Below, one piece after another: positions 18,183 to 20,621 of a DNA stretch of 20,621 bases (position 1 is its first letter; each line of letters begins with the position of its first letter). A model generated the notes under the pieces. That model had not been told where the DNA came from. It searched no databases and saw only the letters and a list, made by a program, of their open reading frames with translations. Location of the stretch: NCBI GenBank assembly GCA_903826635.1, contig CAIKFI010000182.1:1-20621 (forward strand). The letters run 5' to 3'. Made by a program: the position numbers and the translations under genes. This DNA is from an uncultured Spartobacteria bacterium (GTDB lineage Bacteria; Verrucomicrobiota; Verrucomicrobiia; Chthoniobacterales; UBA6821).

Positions 18183-18194
18183 GGATCTTACCGC

Positions 18195-19352
18195 CTAGTA
18201 ATTCAATGCATCTTTCCCAGGGCGCTGATACTTAAAGCAGGAGAGGGGTTTCCCTGTCGGGAGTTTTTTACCAAGTCCGATGGCCTTGAACTGGATCCCC
18301 ATGGATCCGGGATTGAGGAGTGACTGAAGCGCTCGGAGCTCCTTTTGTGCCGCATCGCTTCGATCTGAGAAGTCTCCCAGAGAGCGAAGCCAGGACTCGG
18401 CCGCTCCGACTAGAAAATGATGCTGGTCATTGTAGCCCAGAATCTCAAAACCAATTTCCCGTGCCGATCGGGCCAGTGCTGTGAAATCAACCTGAGCGGT
18501 GATATCATGGTCACCCGGAGCCTTAAAAAGATCGGTAAAGCGTCTGTGACCTTTATAGGCAAGAAGTGTTCCGTCAGCGCGGTGAGGCGCATATCGATCC
18601 ACTCCCGCCTGTCCGTAATCTACCGTGAGAACTAGGCCGAGGCGTAGTTTTTCGAACATAACGTTCAACCATGGGTTCAGTCCCGGGTTCACCTCTACTC
18701 GAAATCCCGCCGGGAGATCCGAGGGAAGTTCCTTTGCCAAGGAGGCAAGGGCCTCGCATGCAATGGGGTGAACGATCCAAGTCAACTCATTATCGACCTG
18801 TCCAACACACTCCTCTTCCCAGTTTTCTCCGTCCCACCTCAAGGAGTGCACGGGAAAGGCGTCGAGGAGTTCATTCGAGAGGTGGATACCGATGAATGGC
18901 GGCAAATCAGCGACTGATGAGAGCCATGAAACATTGCGATGATCACAAAGTTTTTTCCTTTGTCTGGATGCATTCACCTCAAAAGGCTCTACGATAAGAT
19001 AGCTGATTGAACGTGCAAAGGAATCCTCAAAAGCTCCGATGAATCCTAGAATGTCATGGGCCATTGCGCCGTCGTTTGCCCCCTGTTCGACAATAATGAA
19101 TTCTTCGGGTTGTCCGAGTATCTCCCAGACTTCGCGACAGACGGAGGCCAGAATACGTCCATAGATTGCACCGACGCTAACACTGGTGAAGAAGTCGCCA
19201 TTTTTTCCAAGGACGGCTTTTCCTGAGGCATAGTAGCCATGTGTCGGATCATAGAGTGCGAGTTCCATGAACCGTCTGAAGGAGATGCTGCCTCCTGAAG
19301 AGGTGATTTCCTGAACAATCTGCTGTCGAAGTCCTGCTGTTGCAGATTCCAT
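18195..19352 (-). CDS. Class I SAM-dependent methyltransferase of the MidA/NDUFAF7 (DUF185) family
   Basis: 385 aa with the typical family N-terminus (ISFRRFMELALYDPTHGYYASG...GDFFTSVSVG...) and a SAM-binding glycine-rich segment (IVEQGANDGAMAHDIL). It also has the family's C-terminal blocks (DITAQVDFTAL; YNDQHHFL). Confidence 0.82.
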   Translation of the reverse strand: MESATAGLRQQIVQEITSSGGSISFRRFMELALYDPTHGYYASGKAVLGKNGDFFTSVSVGAIYGRILASVCREVWEILGQPEEFIIVEQGANDGAMAHDILGFIGAFEDSFARSISYLIVEPFEVNASRQRKKLCDHRNVSWLSSVADLPPFIGIHLSNELLDAFPVHSLRWDGENWEEECVGQVDNELTWIVHPIACEALASLAKELPSDLPAGFRVEVNPGLNPWLNVMFEKLRLGLVLTVDYGQAGVDRYAPHRADGTLLAYKGHRRFTDLFKAPGDHDITAQVDFTALARSAREIGFEILGYNDQHHFLVGAAESWLRSLGDFSDRSDAAQKELRALQSLLNPGSMGIQFKAIGLGKKLPTGKPLSCFKYQRPGKDALNY

Positions 19353-19365
19353 GAATCAAAATTCT
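19350..19365 (-). repeat. Inverted copy of the 16-mer AGAATTTTGATTCATG, again containing a start codon (MidA-family gene)
   Basis: The plus strand reads CATGAATCAAAATTCT at 19350-19365. This is the exact reverse complement of 17285-17300. In both places the ATG is the annotated start codon. Confidence 0.7.
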
Positions 19366-19409
19366 ACCGAAAAACCTTGAATGCTTTTCCTGCTCGGTTT
19401 TTTCCCAGC

Positions 19410-20621
19410 TTATTGCCCGCGAGTGATTTCACGTGCATAGATATTGATAAGGCCATCATCCCCGCGTTTTATGGTGGTAATCAGAAAGGGACGGCGACTA
19501 TCTCGTGAAATCACATTTCCTTGGAATGGTAGGACTGATCCTTGCGGGAAATCCACGATAACTCGAACCTTGGAACCCGCTCCGCCTGTCAATCCTGCAA
19601 GCCCTCCCTGAGGGCGTAGGACGGCCCTGTTATTTCCAGAAGCCGTCACTGTAAAGCGTCCGTTAAGATAGTGGCGTTCGCCGGTGATTCCCTGAACCAC
19701 GAGATCATTGGCCTCCGAGGCCTCGACCAAGCGACCGCGAGGCATTTGCCCGGGCGTGTAAACTGGCCATATTTCCGTGGCGGCGGGTATTACCTGATTT
19801 GTTGCAGCCAATACCGACAGATTCGTTCCTCCGGCCGGTAGCAGTGTGTTTGTCAATGTTAGATTGGTGGTTTTAAGAGAAGTTGTAGGCGTTGGATTTA
19901 AAATGGCATTTGTGACTGGAGTGGGAGTGGGAGTGGGAAGGGGAGTCGGGGAGGGCGTTGGCAAGGGTGTGTTGACCGGAGATGAAGCCGGTAGCGGAGG
20001 CAGAGTCAACGGTGTTCCGACTGGGATTGCCCTGGGAATATCGGATGGAATTTCCTGGCCTTCAGGAGTGGTTGAATCAACCGGTTTTTTAAAGTTGGCT
20101 GGATCGGATGGGAGAGGGGTGCCCACGGCGATTGCCGGGAGTACTGCTTGGATATCGACAGCAACGGCGCGGGCAACAGGTGGATCCTTTTTGTCTGGTT
20201 TCGCTCCAAATTTCAGGGGGCGTTTCGAACCACTGGTTCTGGGAGAGTTTGGTTCCAATGCGGGATTTTGTCCCTCCTCGGGAAGTCGGGTGATGTGATT
20301 AAGTTTTTTACTTTCCGTTGCATTCGCAAGGGTTCCATTGGCGAGTTTCTCGATTTTCAGGGGCGTTAATACCGGCACTCCTGCCTTGAGATTCAGGAAA
20401 TCGGGAGGGGTTAGGGAGAAGCTCACGGTTCCTTTACCTGCTCCGTAACGACCATACAAGAGGGGCATTGTTGTGAGTTTTATTCGATTGTCCGAAAGTC
20501 GGTCGATATGAATGACGGCGGATAGATCAAGCGGTTTTTCCAACTTGATTTCCATTCCTTTGCCCAAAGCCAACTGAAGATACGGCATGTTTTTTGTATC
20601 CGCAGTGAAAAGTTGCTCAAG
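19410..20621 (-). CDS. Hypothetical protein with a long Pro/Thr-rich linker and an uncharacterised C-terminal globular domain. Probably 5'-incomplete.
   Basis: The ORF track starts at the ATG at 20588, but the frame stays open to the window edge (LEQLFTADTKN-MPYLQ...). The sequence after that Met has no signal-peptide character, yet the protein has an extracytoplasmic-style linker (PLPTPSPTPLPTPTPTPV). I recognise no family for the C-terminal roughly 130 aa. Confidence 0.55.
   Translation of the reverse strand, partial: LEQLFTADTKNMPYLQLALGKGMEIKLEKPLDLSAVIHIDRLSDNRIKLTTMPLLYGRYGAGKGTVSFSLTPPDFLNLKAGVPVLTPLKIEKLANGTLANATESKKLNHITRLPEEGQNPALEPNSPRTSGSKRPLKFGAKPDKKDPPVARAVAVDIQAVLPAIAVGTPLPSDPANFKKPVDSTTPEGQEIPSDIPRAIPVGTPLTLPPLPASSPVNTPLPTPSPTPLPTPTPTPVTNAILNPTPTTSLKTTNLTLTNTLLPAGGTNLSVLAATNQVIPAATEIWPVYTPGQMPRGRLVEASEANDLVVQGITGERHYLNGRFTVTASGNNRAVLRPQGGLAGLTGGAGSKVRVIVDFPQGSVLPFQGNVISRDSRRPFLITTIKRGDDGLINIYAREITRGQ
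19918..19975 (-). repeat. In-frame hexanucleotide tandem repeat encoding the (Pro-Thr)n linker
   Basis: GGAGTG appears three times without mismatch (19918-19935, plus strand), followed by degenerate copies (GGAAGG GGAGTC GGGGAG GGCGTT GGCAAG GGTGTG). On the coding strand this gives PTPTPT... and PLPTPSPTPLP. Confidence 0.7.

Noticed and set aside
17285-19365. Treating the 16-nt inverted repeats as the ends of an IS element or transposon
   Set aside because: No transposase, integrase or recombinase gene lies between or near them, and the repeats contain the start codons of the enclosed genes. I keep it only as a low-probability alternative within the repeat finding.
19369-19404. An AT-rich hairpin, GAAAAACC...GGTTTTTTC, between the last gene's stop and the MidA-family start, considered as a terminator
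   Set aside because: The stem is A/T-dominated and needs a bulge (5 A against 6 T). The loop is 19 nt. No clean T-tract follows it on the minus strand. This is too weak to call.

Overview
This window looks like an ordinary chromosomal segment made up mostly of housekeeping genes. Hand counts give about 61% G+C at the start of sufB, falling to about 44% at the start of the gene at 17298. I cannot assign a taxon from sequence alone. The near-absence of Shine-Dalgarno sequences and the style of the proteins fit a PVC/Verrucomicrobia-like bacterium, but that is unverified.

I support 17 protein-coding genes:
- nrdB, 3' fragment
- a secreted discoidin-domain putative glycoside hydrolase
- a minus-strand run of PIN-PhoH (PhoH2), a double-HKD PLD-fold protein and two short chromate-transporter halves
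- lysA
- a membrane-anchored metallophosphoesterase
- ligA and argD
- a Fur-family regulator placed 5 nt upstream of sufC-sufB-sufD
- an AT-rich Sel1/TPR-like orphan
- a MidA/NDUFAF7-type methyltransferase
- a Pro/Thr-rich hypothetical protein that probably runs off the right edge

I saw no rRNA, tRNA, CRISPR array, transposase, integrase or phage gene.

Nothing here is a demonstrable new system. The leads most worth follow-up are:
1. The apparently co-transcribed PhoH2 + PLD pair. It combines a helicase-like ATPase/RNase with a PLD-fold enzyme, an arrangement that recalls known defence modules.
2. A perfect 16-nt inverted repeat that covers the start codons of the two convergent genes at 17298 and 19352, plus three direct copies of its TTTTGATTCA core. 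This coincides with a compositional break right after a suf operon that lacks sufS.
3. A highly structured roughly 140-nt element and an SD-uORF relay upstream of ligA.
4. The fur-sufCBD operon architecture.

All functional calls come from motif recognition by eye. No database search was run.
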